Source: a bacterium
Lineage (GTDB): Bacteria > RBG-13-61-14 > DATKZS01
Assembly: GCA_963674965.2 (NCBI GenBank)
Contig: CAXXFL010000005.1
Span: forward strand, 800,001 to 864,000
DNA: 64,000 nucleotides
Reading direction: 5' to 3'
Shown here: positions 1-8,174 of the stretch, piece after piece
Position numbering within the stretch: the stretch's first letter is position 1
How the letters are laid out: each line of letters opens with the position of its first letter
Position numbers and translations under genes: made by a program
Notes under the pieces: model-generated
What the model saw: the letters and a program-made list of their open reading frames with translations, nothing else
Database searches by the model: none
What the model was told of the DNA's origin: nothing

Positions 1-560
1 GCCGCGCCCGACCTGGCCATGACCTTGATCGCCGCTCTGGCCGTTCCCTCGGGAACGTCAACGCCTCGGCAGGCGTCCTCGATGACCATGGCCTCGAAGC
101 CGCTGGACATGGCGTCGAGGGCCGTGGCCTTGACGCAGTAGTCGGTGGCCAGGCCTCCCACGAACACCCTCTTTATTCCCCTTCCCTTAAGTCGTTTCGC
201 CAGGTCCGTTCCCTGGAAGCCGCTGTAGGCCTCGAGTTCCTTGTCGTCTCCCTTGCTTATGATGATGGCGTCATCGGGCACGTTTAAGTCCTTATGAAAC
301 TTCGCGCCCTCCGTGTCCTGGACGCAGTGGGAGGGCCAGCTCTTGTCCACGAACTCGGGAGGGTCCGAGAAGGACACGTGGCCGGCCGGGTGCCAGTCCC
401 GAGTAAAGACTCGAGTCGAAAAAAGGCCCATCACCTTGTTAAGCGGCGCCACGACCTCGTCTCCTCCGGCGACGGCCAGGGAACCCCCGGGAAGAAAGTC
501 GTTTTGCACGTCCACCACGATAAGGGCGTCCTCCGGACCGATCTTGATTTTGCTGGACAT
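1..560 (-). CDS. pncA: Nicotinamidase/pyrazinamidase (isochorismatase family), 3' end outside the window
   Basis: Not in the ORF track. Manual translation from ATG 560 gives MSSKIKIGPEDALIVVDVQNDFLPGGSLAV...TRDWHP...WPSHCVQDT...GLATDYCVKAT, with an AAGGAG RBS upstream. Confidence 0.92.
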   Translation of the reverse strand, partial: MSSKIKIGPEDALIVVDVQNDFLPGGSLAVAGGDEVVAPLNKVMGLFSTRVFTRDWHPAGHVSFSDPPEFVDKSWPSHCVQDTEGAKFHKDLNVPDDAIIISKGDDKELEAYSGFQGTDLAKRLKGRGIKRVFVGGLATDYCVKATALDAMSSGFEAMVIEDACRGVDVPEGTARAAIKVMARSGA

Positions 561-586
561 GTGAGTCTCCTTGTGGGATGGGGCCG

Positions 587-1072
587 TCAGGCGTAGAGGC
601 TTCTCTCGCCTTCCTCGACCACGGAGATGAAACCCTCCCGCGTCTTCTGCGCCCTTAGCCTGGCCAGGAACTCGGGCTGGCGCGCCAGCCTGGCTATGCG
701 GGCCAGGAGCTGGAGGTGGAGGCCCACCTCGCCGGGTTTTCCTCCAATGAGGAAGACCACGTCCACGGGCACGTCGTCCAGGGCCTTGTAGTCAACGGGT
801 TTCTTGAGTATGGCGCCGACCAGGAAGGTTTCCCTGGCCCCGGGCACCTCGGCGTGAGGAACGGCGAGGCCCCGGCCCACGCCCGTGCTCATCTCGGCCT
901 CCCGGTCCCGCAGGCGGCCCAAAAAGGAACGGCCGTCCGTGACCAGGCCGCCCTCGGCCGCCGCGTCCGCCAGCTTGGCCAAGAGCTCCGACCGGTCGCC
1001 GGCCTCGAGACCGATCTGGACACAGTCCTTGCTGATGTGTCTTAACAGTTTGAGTTCCACGTCTTCGCTCAT
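587..1072 (-). CDS. PTS system IIA component (fructose/mannitol/nitrogen-regulatory PtsN-like)
   Basis: RE..MSTGVGRGLAVPH phospho-His motif, plus PVDVVFLI and HLQLLARIARL. Confidence 0.88.
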   Translation of the reverse strand: MSEDVELKLLRHISKDCVQIGLEAGDRSELLAKLADAAAEGGLVTDGRSFLGRLRDREAEMSTGVGRGLAVPHAEVPGARETFLVGAILKKPVDYKALDDVPVDVVFLIGGKPGEVGLHLQLLARIARLARQPEFLARLRAQKTREGFISVVEEGERSLYA

Positions 1073-1261
1073 GCCGCCCCTCCTCCGAAAAGCCGGATTT
1101 TCCCTCTTTCCCGGCGACTCGGAGTAATACCGATTGAAACACCGCCTCCCTCACTTGTCAAGGCTAAGCAGGCCACGTTTAACCTCCGCGTGGACTCTTC
1201 TTTCTTCTGGAAAAGACTTTGCCGTTGTTATCGCGACCATCCTGTTTTATCTTTACCTCTT

Positions 1262-2683
1262 ATGACGGACAAGCAGGCCAACGACATGACGGCGGTAAGG
1301 CGCTCGGCCCTCATCGTGGCGAGCATAAGCGCTTTTATCACTCCCTTTATGGGATCGGCCACCAACGTGGCCCTGCCCGAGCTGCAAAAAACATTCGAGA
1401 TGGACGCCGTGGCCCTTAGCTGGGTCGTGACCTCGTACCTTCTGGTAACGGCGGTGTTCCTCGTTCCCTTCGGCCGGCTGGCTGATATTATCGGCCGGAA
1501 AAAGGTCTTCACCATGGGGATGATCGTATTCACGGCGTCCTCGATATGGTGCGGGCTGGCGGGTTCCACCCCCGTTATCTTCGCGGCCCGCGGCCTGCAA
1601 GGGATGGGCAGCGCCATGATCTTCGCCAACGGCATCGCCATCCTGACCTCGGTTTACCCGCCCCGCGAAAGGGGCCGGGTCCTGGGCATCAACGTGGCCT
1701 CCGTTTACATCGGGCTGTCGGCAGGTCCTTTTTTGGGCGGCATGATGACGCAGTACCTTACGTGGCGGAGCATCTTTCTTGCCGCCGGTCCGCTGGGAGC
1801 GGCGGTGATCGCCCTCATCATGTGGAAGCTGAAGGGAGAATGGGCCGGCTCGGAGGGTGAGAAGTTCGACCTCAAAGGCTCGGTCCTTTTGGGCGTATCT
1901 CTCGTCTTCACCATGTACGGTTTGACGCGCCTTCCCCGTCCCGAGAGCGTGATTATGATCGCGGCCGGGACGCTTTGTCTTATCGAGTTCTTCATCTTGG
2001 AGAGCAAGATCGAGTTCCCCGTTTTTCCCGTTTCCCTGTTCAGGACCAACCGTGGATTTACCTTCTCGAGCCTGGCGGCGCTTATAAATTACAGCGCCAC
2101 CACGGCGGTGGCCTTTCTGGTCAGCCTTTACCTTCAGTACCTCAAGGGCATGGAGCCGAGGGACGCCGGCATGGTCCTGGTGAGCCAGCCCATCCTGATG
2201 GCGCTCCTCTCCCCGCTGGCGGGAAAGCTCTCGGACCGCGTCGAGCCCCGCTACCTGGCTTCCATCGGCATGTCCCTGACCGCCGCCGGCCTCTTCATGC
2301 TGGCACGGGCCCGGGCGGACTCGAACGTCCTTTATATCGTCGCCTGCCTGGCCGTGCTGGGCGTGGGGTTCGCGCTTTTCAGTTCGCCCAACATGAACGC
2401 CATCATGGGATCGGTCGAGAAGCGCCTTTACGGCATCGCCTCGGGCGCGGTGGCGACCATGCGTCTGGTGGGCCAGATGCTGAGCATGGCCATGGCCACC
2501 ACCGCGCTCGCCATATTGGTGGGACGGGTCGAGATCACGCCCGAGCGGTATCCCGACTTTATGAAGAGCATGACGGTTTCATTTTCGATATTCGCGGGGC
2601 TTTGCGCGCTCGGCGTGTTGGCCTCCCTGGCGAGGGGAGACATTATGAACAACGGCCGGGAAGGCCCGGCAAGGGAGGACTGA
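1262..2683 (+). CDS. MFS transporter, DHA2/EmrB-QacA-like (about 14 TM)
   Basis: GRLADIIGRKK motif A, GPFLGG motif C and many hydrophobic helices. Start chosen at ATG 1262 (1286 is an alternative). Confidence 0.9.
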   Translation: MTDKQANDMTAVRRSALIVASISAFITPFMGSATNVALPELQKTFEMDAVALSWVVTSYLLVTAVFLVPFGRLADIIGRKKVFTMGMIVFTASSIWCGLAGSTPVIFAARGLQGMGSAMIFANGIAILTSVYPPRERGRVLGINVASVYIGLSAGPFLGGMMTQYLTWRSIFLAAGPLGAAVIALIMWKLKGEWAGSEGEKFDLKGSVLLGVSLVFTMYGLTRLPRPESVIMIAAGTLCLIEFFILESKIEFPVFPVSLFRTNRGFTFSSLAALINYSATTAVAFLVSLYLQYLKGMEPRDAGMVLVSQPILMALLSPLAGKLSDRVEPRYLASIGMSLTAAGLFMLARARADSNVLYIVACLAVLGVGFALFSSPNMNAIMGSVEKRLYGIASGAVATMRLVGQMLSMAMATTALAILVGRVEITPERYPDFMKSMTVSFSIFAGLCALGVLASLARGDIMNNGREGPARED

Positions 2684-2684
2684 A

Positions 2685-3509
2685 ATGGAAAGCCTTATCG
2701 TCAAGACCATGGGGCTTAAATATCAACCCGTCGCGGTCATCCTGACCAACGACCTTCCCGAGGAGGCCAAGCGCTTCAAGGAGGGCAAGTGGGGCTGCGT
2801 CATGTTCCTTTTAGCCTCGGCCATGAAGGGCAAGACGGCCGCCTTCGACCGCAAGACCTTCGGCTGTCCCGGCGGGGGCGTGGGCCTTGGCTTTGGCAAC
2901 CAGTACGTGAACTTCGCGGGGGGTATGGACGGCTTTTGCTATTTCCTTTCCATCGGCAACGACCAGTGGGAACAAGGAAAGCAGATCGCGGAAAAGGTGA
3001 AGCCCTACCTGCGCGACCACGCCTATGACGACTTCTTGCACGGAGAGCGTTATCTCAAGGACCCGGACCGGGTGCGCAAGTTCGTTGACCTTCTTCCCAT
3101 CACCGACGTTCCCTTCGAGTACGTTGTATTCAAGCCCCTCTCGGAGGTCGATCCCGCGGCGGACAAGCCGGAGGTGGTTATCTTCGTGACCGACGTGGAC
3201 CGGTTCGCGGCCCTTTCCATTTTGGCCAACTTCGAGGGCCCGGACAACGAGCGGGTCATCATGCCCTTCGCCGCCGGCTGCCAGACGGCGGTGCTCTATC
3301 CGCTGCGGGAGGCCGGGTCCGACTCCCCCCGCGCCGTGGCCGGCCTCATGGACATATCCGCCCGCGTGGCCCTCAAAAGGCAGACGGGCGACGACCTCCT
3401 CTCCCTCGCGGTCCCCTTCCCCATGTTCCAGCGCATGGAGTCCAACGTCCCCGAAAGCTTCCTCCTCCGCAACACCTGGAAGGAGTTGATGGAACTGAAG
3501 GAGAAGTAG
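2685..3509 (+). CDS. DUF169 family protein
   Basis: PVAV...WGC...GCPGG and FAAGCQ...GLMDISAR pattern; GGAGG RBS and 1-bp spacing to the MFS gene. Confidence 0.7.
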   Translation: MESLIVKTMGLKYQPVAVILTNDLPEEAKRFKEGKWGCVMFLLASAMKGKTAAFDRKTFGCPGGGVGLGFGNQYVNFAGGMDGFCYFLSIGNDQWEQGKQIAEKVKPYLRDHAYDDFLHGERYLKDPDRVRKFVDLLPITDVPFEYVVFKPLSEVDPAADKPEVVIFVTDVDRFAALSILANFEGPDNERVIMPFAAGCQTAVLYPLREAGSDSPRAVAGLMDISARVALKRQTGDDLLSLAVPFPMFQRMESNVPESFLLRNTWKELMELKEK

Positions 3510-3549
3510 TGGGAGGTAAGAGATAAATTGTTGCTCTGCTTATTTATTT

Positions 3550-4044
3550 TAGGACACTTCACGTTTTTGATGGCGTATAATTGCGCGAAAAAAATAGCCC
3601 TTAGCATCGCTGGCCGTAATGGAAGATAATGCCTCGCTAATTGCCACGATTAATCGAGGATGCTTTCGAGCCTTGGCGGAACGTAAATGATTCTTCACGC
3701 TGCTCCACGTCTTTTCGATCGGATTGAAATCGGGACTGTACGGAGGCAGGAACACCAAGCGGGCGCCGAGGGCTTCGATAATCTCCCGACTTTGGGCGTC
3801 CAATGCACCGAGAGATTATCGGCGACCAACCACGTCGCCCGGTCGCAAAGTCGGGCCATGTTCCTGGTACTGCTTGAGCCAGCGTTGAAAGGCGCGCGTA
3901 CTGACCCGAAAGATGGCGGCGACCTCCAATTGGGTGTAATCGCCGGTCTGATAGGCGGCAAGCGCCCGCTCGCGAATCTCTGAAGATGATATTCCCATGA
4001 CGAATACCATAATCAATACGACATGTCAATCGTTAAGTGCTCTA
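3550..4044 (-). mobile_element. Internally deleted IS630-family element (about 495 bp), transposase pseudogene
   Basis: N-terminal HTH (EIRERALAAYQTG...RWLKQY) joined to the C-terminal DDE part (DNLSVH, LPPYSPDFNPIE) with frameshifts. Imperfect TA-bounded TIRs: TAGGACACTTCACGTT and rc TAGAGCACTTAACGAT. Confidence 0.85.
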
Positions 4045-4081
4045 AAGCCTTCAACCATGGATGGGTCGGTCTCAGGGCAAG

Positions 4082-4187
4082 ACGGGTATGGCTTACTTCC
4101 AGGAATATGATAATATTGATTATCATAATATCCTACGGGTATGGCTTACTTCCAGGAATATGATAATATTGATTATCATAATATCCT
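4082..4187. repeat. Exact 53-bp tandem duplication (2 copies)
   Basis: 4082-4134 equals 4135-4187 (ACGGGTATGGCTTACTTCCAGGAATATGATAATATTGATTATCATAATATCCT). Confidence 0.97.
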
Positions 4188-4595
4188 ATTGTATAATAAA
4201 AATAATAATAATCGAGCTTATACCAACCATATGTCATTTCGAACTTGATATCATCATAAGATGCCGCGAATAAAAGCGTATCGCCAGGAGGATAGTTATA
4301 TGATATTTTGCCGTCAGGTCCACCGGAGATTATGTAAGTTGTTTTATTTCCTTCAAACTTAATCCCATCAATTTCAAATGATACTTCCTTCCCTACAAGA
4401 ACAAGATGCTTGTGGCCCCAAACGTCTTTTCCGATAATGTCATGTATTTCTTCCTCCGTCATATCAAAATCAATGACAGAAGATGCTTCAATTAAATTGT
4501 CAACCTCCTTTTTAAGTTTCTCGCTACCCTCTGTGCCAACGTAGATGAGACACTTCCCCTATGTTAAATTACTGTAGGGCGGGGGAGGTATTAGG

Positions 4596-5135
4596 ATGTA
4601 TAGAGAGATGGATGAAGACAGGAAGAAGGCAGGGATTGTTGGGGAGACGGAGGGAGCCCGTAGGGCGACCGGAGTCTCCCCAACCGGGACGGCCGAGCCG
4701 GAGGACACTCCGGCCAAGCGGCCCGAGCGGGGAGGGGCGCCGATCATTCTTCCCGACCCGGAGGTCCCGGAAAAGCCCGCCCGGCGGCGCTTCACCGCGG
4801 CTTACAAGCTCGCAATCCTCGGGAAGGCCGACGCCTGCTCGGGGCATGGCGAGGTCGGCGCCCTGCTGCGCCGGGAGGGCCTTTATTCGTCGCACCTGAC
4901 GGCCTGGCGCAAGCAGCGGGACGAGGGGGCCTTGAAAGCGCTTTCGCCCGTAAAGCGGGGCCGCAAGCCCAAGGCCAAAAACCCGCTGGCCGATGAAGTG
5001 GCCCGCCTCGAGCGCGAGAACCGGAAGCTCCAAAAGCGGCTCGAACAGGCCGAGATGATAATCGACTTCCAAAAAAAAGTTGCCGATCTGCTGGGGATAC
5101 CCCTGGCCAAGCCGCCCGGCGAAGAGAGCGAATGA
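4596..5135 (+). CDS. IS3-family transposase OrfA (HTH)
   Basis: RRRFTAAYKLAIL...LLRREGLYSSHLTAWR and a coiled coil. An A8G run at 5071-5079 allows a stop-free -1 shift into the orfB frame. Confidence 0.9.
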   Translation: MYREMDEDRKKAGIVGETEGARRATGVSPTGTAEPEDTPAKRPERGGAPIILPDPEVPEKPARRRFTAAYKLAILGKADACSGHGEVGALLRREGLYSSHLTAWRKQRDEGALKALSPVKRGRKPKAKNPLADEVARLERENRKLQKRLEQAEMIIDFQKKVADLLGIPLAKPPGEESE

Positions 5136-6148
5136 TGGAATCGGCAAGCACGGCCGCTCCCCGGGTCGGCGTCAAGGCCGCCTGCGAGGCCCTGGGCCTG
5201 TCGCGGGCAACGTTTGACCGCCGCGCTAAAATTCCCTTCGGGCCTCCGCCGCCGAGGCGCGCGGCCAAGCCGGCAAGGTCGTTGAGCGAGGACGAGCGGC
5301 GCCGGGTGCTGGACGGACTCCACTCCGAGCGCTTTGCCGACAAGGCCCCCCGCGAGGTCTGGGCAACGCTCCTGGACGAGGGGACATGGCTGTGCTCGGT
5401 CCGCACCATGTACCGCGTCCTCGACTCGGAAAAGGAAGTCAGGGAGCGGCGCAACCAGCTTCGGCATCCCCGATACAAAAAACCCGAGTTGCTGGCCGAG
5501 GCCCCCAACCAGGTCTGGTCCTGGGACGTCACCAAGCTCAAGGGACCGGCCAAATGGACCTGCTACCAGCTCTACGTGATCATGGATATCTTCAGCCGCT
5601 GCGTGGTGGGCTGGATGATCGCCCGCCGCGAGAGCGCCGAGCTGGCCCGCCGCCTGATCGGGGACAGCATCCGAAAACAGGAGATCGAGCCGGGACAACT
5701 CACAATCCACGCCGACCGGGGGAGTTCGATGAAATCAAAGCCGGTGGCCTTCTTGATGGCCGACCTGGGCGTGACCAAGAGCCACTCGCGGCCCCACGTG
5801 TCCGACGACAACCCCTACTCGGAAAGCCAGTTCAAGACCATGAAGTACCGGCCCGAGTTCCCGAGCCGGTTCGGCTCCATCGAGGACGCCAGGGCCTTTT
5901 GCGTGAAGTTTTTCGATTGGTACAACCGCGAGCATCGGCACACCGGGATCGGCCTGATGACGCCCGAGATGGTCCATTACGGAATGGCGAGCGAGATCGT
6001 GGCCGCCCGGCAAAAAACGCTCGACCACGCCTATGAAAAAAACCCGGAGCGCTTCGTGAAAAGACCGCCGACGGCGCCGGAGTTGCCCGGCAAAGCGTGG
6101 ATCAACCCACCGGAGAAACCGGAGGAAACAAACAGTTTGCCACACTAA
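5132..6148 (+). CDS. IS3-family transposase OrfB (rve/DDE)
   Basis: PNQVWSWDVT, IHADRG and DNPYSESQFKTMK catalytic motifs; ATGA overlap with orfA. Confidence 0.95.
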   Translation: MMESASTAAPRVGVKAACEALGLSRATFDRRAKIPFGPPPPRRAAKPARSLSEDERRRVLDGLHSERFADKAPREVWATLLDEGTWLCSVRTMYRVLDSEKEVRERRNQLRHPRYKKPELLAEAPNQVWSWDVTKLKGPAKWTCYQLYVIMDIFSRCVVGWMIARRESAELARRLIGDSIRKQEIEPGQLTIHADRGSSMKSKPVAFLMADLGVTKSHSRPHVSDDNPYSESQFKTMKYRPEFPSRFGSIEDARAFCVKFFDWYNREHRHTGIGLMTPEMVHYGMASEIVAARQKTLDHAYEKNPERFVKRPPTAPELPGKAWINPPEKPEETNSLPH

Positions 6149-6320
6149 ATTCAGGAAAGGCGTGTCTCATTTTGCTTGACACATTCCGCTATTTGAAAAT
6201 AAGGTATCAGAGTTTTTCGTCTTATATGGATGAAATGAAATAACGAGAAACGGCAATAATATAAATGTAACTGTAAACATTTTTCGAGACATCTCATTAC
6301 TCCTTCTCGAGGTATGGCAA

Positions 6321-6483
6321 ATTTGGGGACGGCATCAATATCTCGCCTCTTTTCCTTTATCTGGGGGCAGTGTACTTAATTGCTGAAAATCATCTGGGTT
6401 CTCTGATAGTGAATATTGATGAAATATTCATAAACACTTGTCCGCCCTGCAATAAAGGCGAGATATGGATGCTGTCGCCATAT
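6321..6483. repeat. 30-bp imperfect inverted repeat pair (REP/MITE-like)
   Basis: 6321-6350 matches the reverse complement of 6454-6483 at 25/30; a related copy is at 24311-24331. Confidence 0.75.
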
Positions 6484-6567
6484 CTCATAAGATTTCTTTA
6501 TCTTTTCATCGGATTATTCCTGGCCTCCTTTTAAAATCAGAAACTCTAAGATTTTATCATGCAACTA

Positions 6568-7776
6568 TTACTCGGTCCCACCATGATTTTTGATGATTTG
6601 CGCAATTTCTTTATGGCCTTTTTCAAGCGCGGCCATATAAGGGGTTTTCCCATTACTGCACTTTGCATTTACGTCAGCCCCATTTTCGATTAGTAGTTCG
6701 ACCATGCCTCTTTTGCCTTCCAAGGCCGCAATGTACAAAGGAGTCTCGCCTGATATAGTCCCCTTCGCATTGATTGTCGCGCCGTTTTGGATCAGGACCT
6801 TGGCGACTCTGACGTGATCAAATGCGCTGGCTATATGGAGAGGCGTCCAATTATTTTCCTCCACAATGTCAACATTTACTCTTTTGGACAATAATAGCTC
6901 AGCTACTTCCACCGCATCCTTTCTTGCGGCCAAGTGTAAGGGACTTAAGTTTGCATTTTCTTCTGCGAGGTTAGGGTCCGCGCCCTTGGCAATCAGGTCC
7001 AAGGCCAAATCTGTCTGTCCCATTATAATTGACTTGTGCAGGGCCGTTTGTCCATCATTCGATTTGGCATCCAGGTCTATGCCTTTAGAGATAAGGATAC
7101 GCGCAACATCCACTTTCTCCTGGGCGACCGCGAGTAATAGGGGAGTATATCCGGCGTCGGTTCGAGCCCCCAAGTTTGCGCCTTTTTCGACCAGCAATTC
7201 TACGATCTTTTTTCGTCCCTGGAAGCTTGCTATGTGAAGGGCGGTCATGTCGTGTTCGGATTTAACATCAAGCTTGGCTCCTCTTTCCACTAGCAATCTC
7301 GCAACATCGTAATTGCCCATATTGGCGGCATGGTGCAGAGCCGTCATGCTTTGATTGTCCTGTACGTCGATCTCAGCTCCAGCGTTAAGTAACTGTTCGC
7401 AAGCCTCTCTCTGTCCTTTGTGTGCCGCCATCAACAGAGGCGTAAATCCAACCTTATCCGTGGCTTCAATATCCGCTCCATTAGCCAAGAGCAAGGTTAT
7501 CATCTCATTATTTCCCAAGTGAGCGGCAAAGTGAAGAGGCGTATGATTTTTATATCTCTCTCTGGAGTTGACCTTTTTAGGCTTCTTTTCGAGTGTCTTC
7601 CTGACCTCGGATATATCACCATTTGCCACTGCCTGATGAATCTTTCCGCCCCATACAGTCTCAGGACATAAAAGAAAGAAAACCACCATAACTAGAAGTG
7701 GTTTTATAACCCCTTTTTGGCAACCGGAATTATGCGGCATCCCGCCTTCAATATAATTTTTACCTGATCGATCCAT
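6568..7776 (-). CDS. Ankyrin repeat protein, probably secreted (start uncertain)
   Basis: Ten TPLH/TALH-type ankyrin repeats and a hydrophobic segment KPLLVMVVFFLLCPETVWG near the N-terminus; low GC. Confidence 0.92.
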   Translation of the reverse strand: MDRSGKNYIEGGMPHNSGCQKGVIKPLLVMVVFFLLCPETVWGGKIHQAVANGDISEVRKTLEKKPKKVNSRERYKNHTPLHFAAHLGNNEMITLLLANGADIEATDKVGFTPLLMAAHKGQREACEQLLNAGAEIDVQDNQSMTALHHAANMGNYDVARLLVERGAKLDVKSEHDMTALHIASFQGRKKIVELLVEKGANLGARTDAGYTPLLLAVAQEKVDVARILISKGIDLDAKSNDGQTALHKSIIMGQTDLALDLIAKGADPNLAEENANLSPLHLAARKDAVEVAELLLSKRVNVDIVEENNWTPLHIASAFDHVRVAKVLIQNGATINAKGTISGETPLYIAALEGKRGMVELLIENGADVNAKCSNGKTPYMAALEKGHKEIAQIIKNHGGTE

Positions 7777-8121
7777 TTTTCACCAGCCCTCACTAGAGTT
7801 TTATTGTCCATGATCTCATTTCTGTTTCTACTTTTGAGAGAAATCTTTGGCCTTGATGCCCATGAAACACTCTTTGAACATACCAATCCGTAAGCCCCAG
7901 GTCAAACTTAATATTTGTCCTCGAAAAACGCCGCGCAGCTAACCATGACCAAGCGCCGTCCGGTAGTGATGGGACAGCGGAAAGGCGGTTGCAGTTCCAG
8001 GGGCTGGGTGGCGCATCTGTGAGCAATCCGAAGGATTTTTTGCATGTCTGGAGAACCGTCCGGCCTATCCTTCCCGCGCCTTCGGCGCCCTAATAGGCAA
8101 GCTATCAGGGCCACCCGCGAT

Positions 8122-8152
8122 AAAAAAGGGGGCGTCGAGTGGACGTCCCCTT
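8122..8152 (-). terminator. Rho-independent terminator of the cytochrome/NrfD operon
   Basis: On the - strand: GGGGACGTC-CACTC-GACGCCCCC-TTTTTT, 23 bp after the stop at 8175. Confidence 0.75.
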
Positions 8153-8174
8153 GGCGTTGCGTGCAACGGATAGA

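Larger units (their letters stand above)
4527..6186 (+). mobile_element. IS3-family insertion sequence (1660 bp) flanked by a CGCTA direct repeat
   Basis: orfA/orfB pair. Imperfect IRs TGTGCCAACGTAGATGAGACAC (from 4532) and rc TGTGTCAAGCAAAATGAGACAC (ending 6183). CGCTA at 4522-4526 and 6187-6191. Confidence 0.92.
4133..6292 (-). pseudogene. AT-rich secreted hypothetical protein gene interrupted by IS3
   Basis: ATG 6292 with AAGGAG RBS gives MSRKMFTVTFILLPFLVISFHP... Removing 4527-6191 joins it in frame to ...NSEKLKKEVDNLIEASSVIDFD-MTEEEIHD (ORF 4133-4462). Confidence 0.8.

Noticed and set aside
4106-4127. Fur box
   Set aside because: The half-sites resemble Fur, but the spacing is 9-4-9 rather than 7-1-7 or 9-1-9, and the site lies in coding sequence (YDNQYYH).
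4082-4187. Possible CRISPR array (palindromic repeat)
   Set aside because: Two directly adjacent 53-bp copies with no spacer and no cas genes; it is a tandem duplication inside a coding remnant.
7793-8114. Short ORFs or an RNA element between the ankyrin gene and the terminator
   Set aside because: No RBS, motif or convincing structure; it appears to be the islet boundary.
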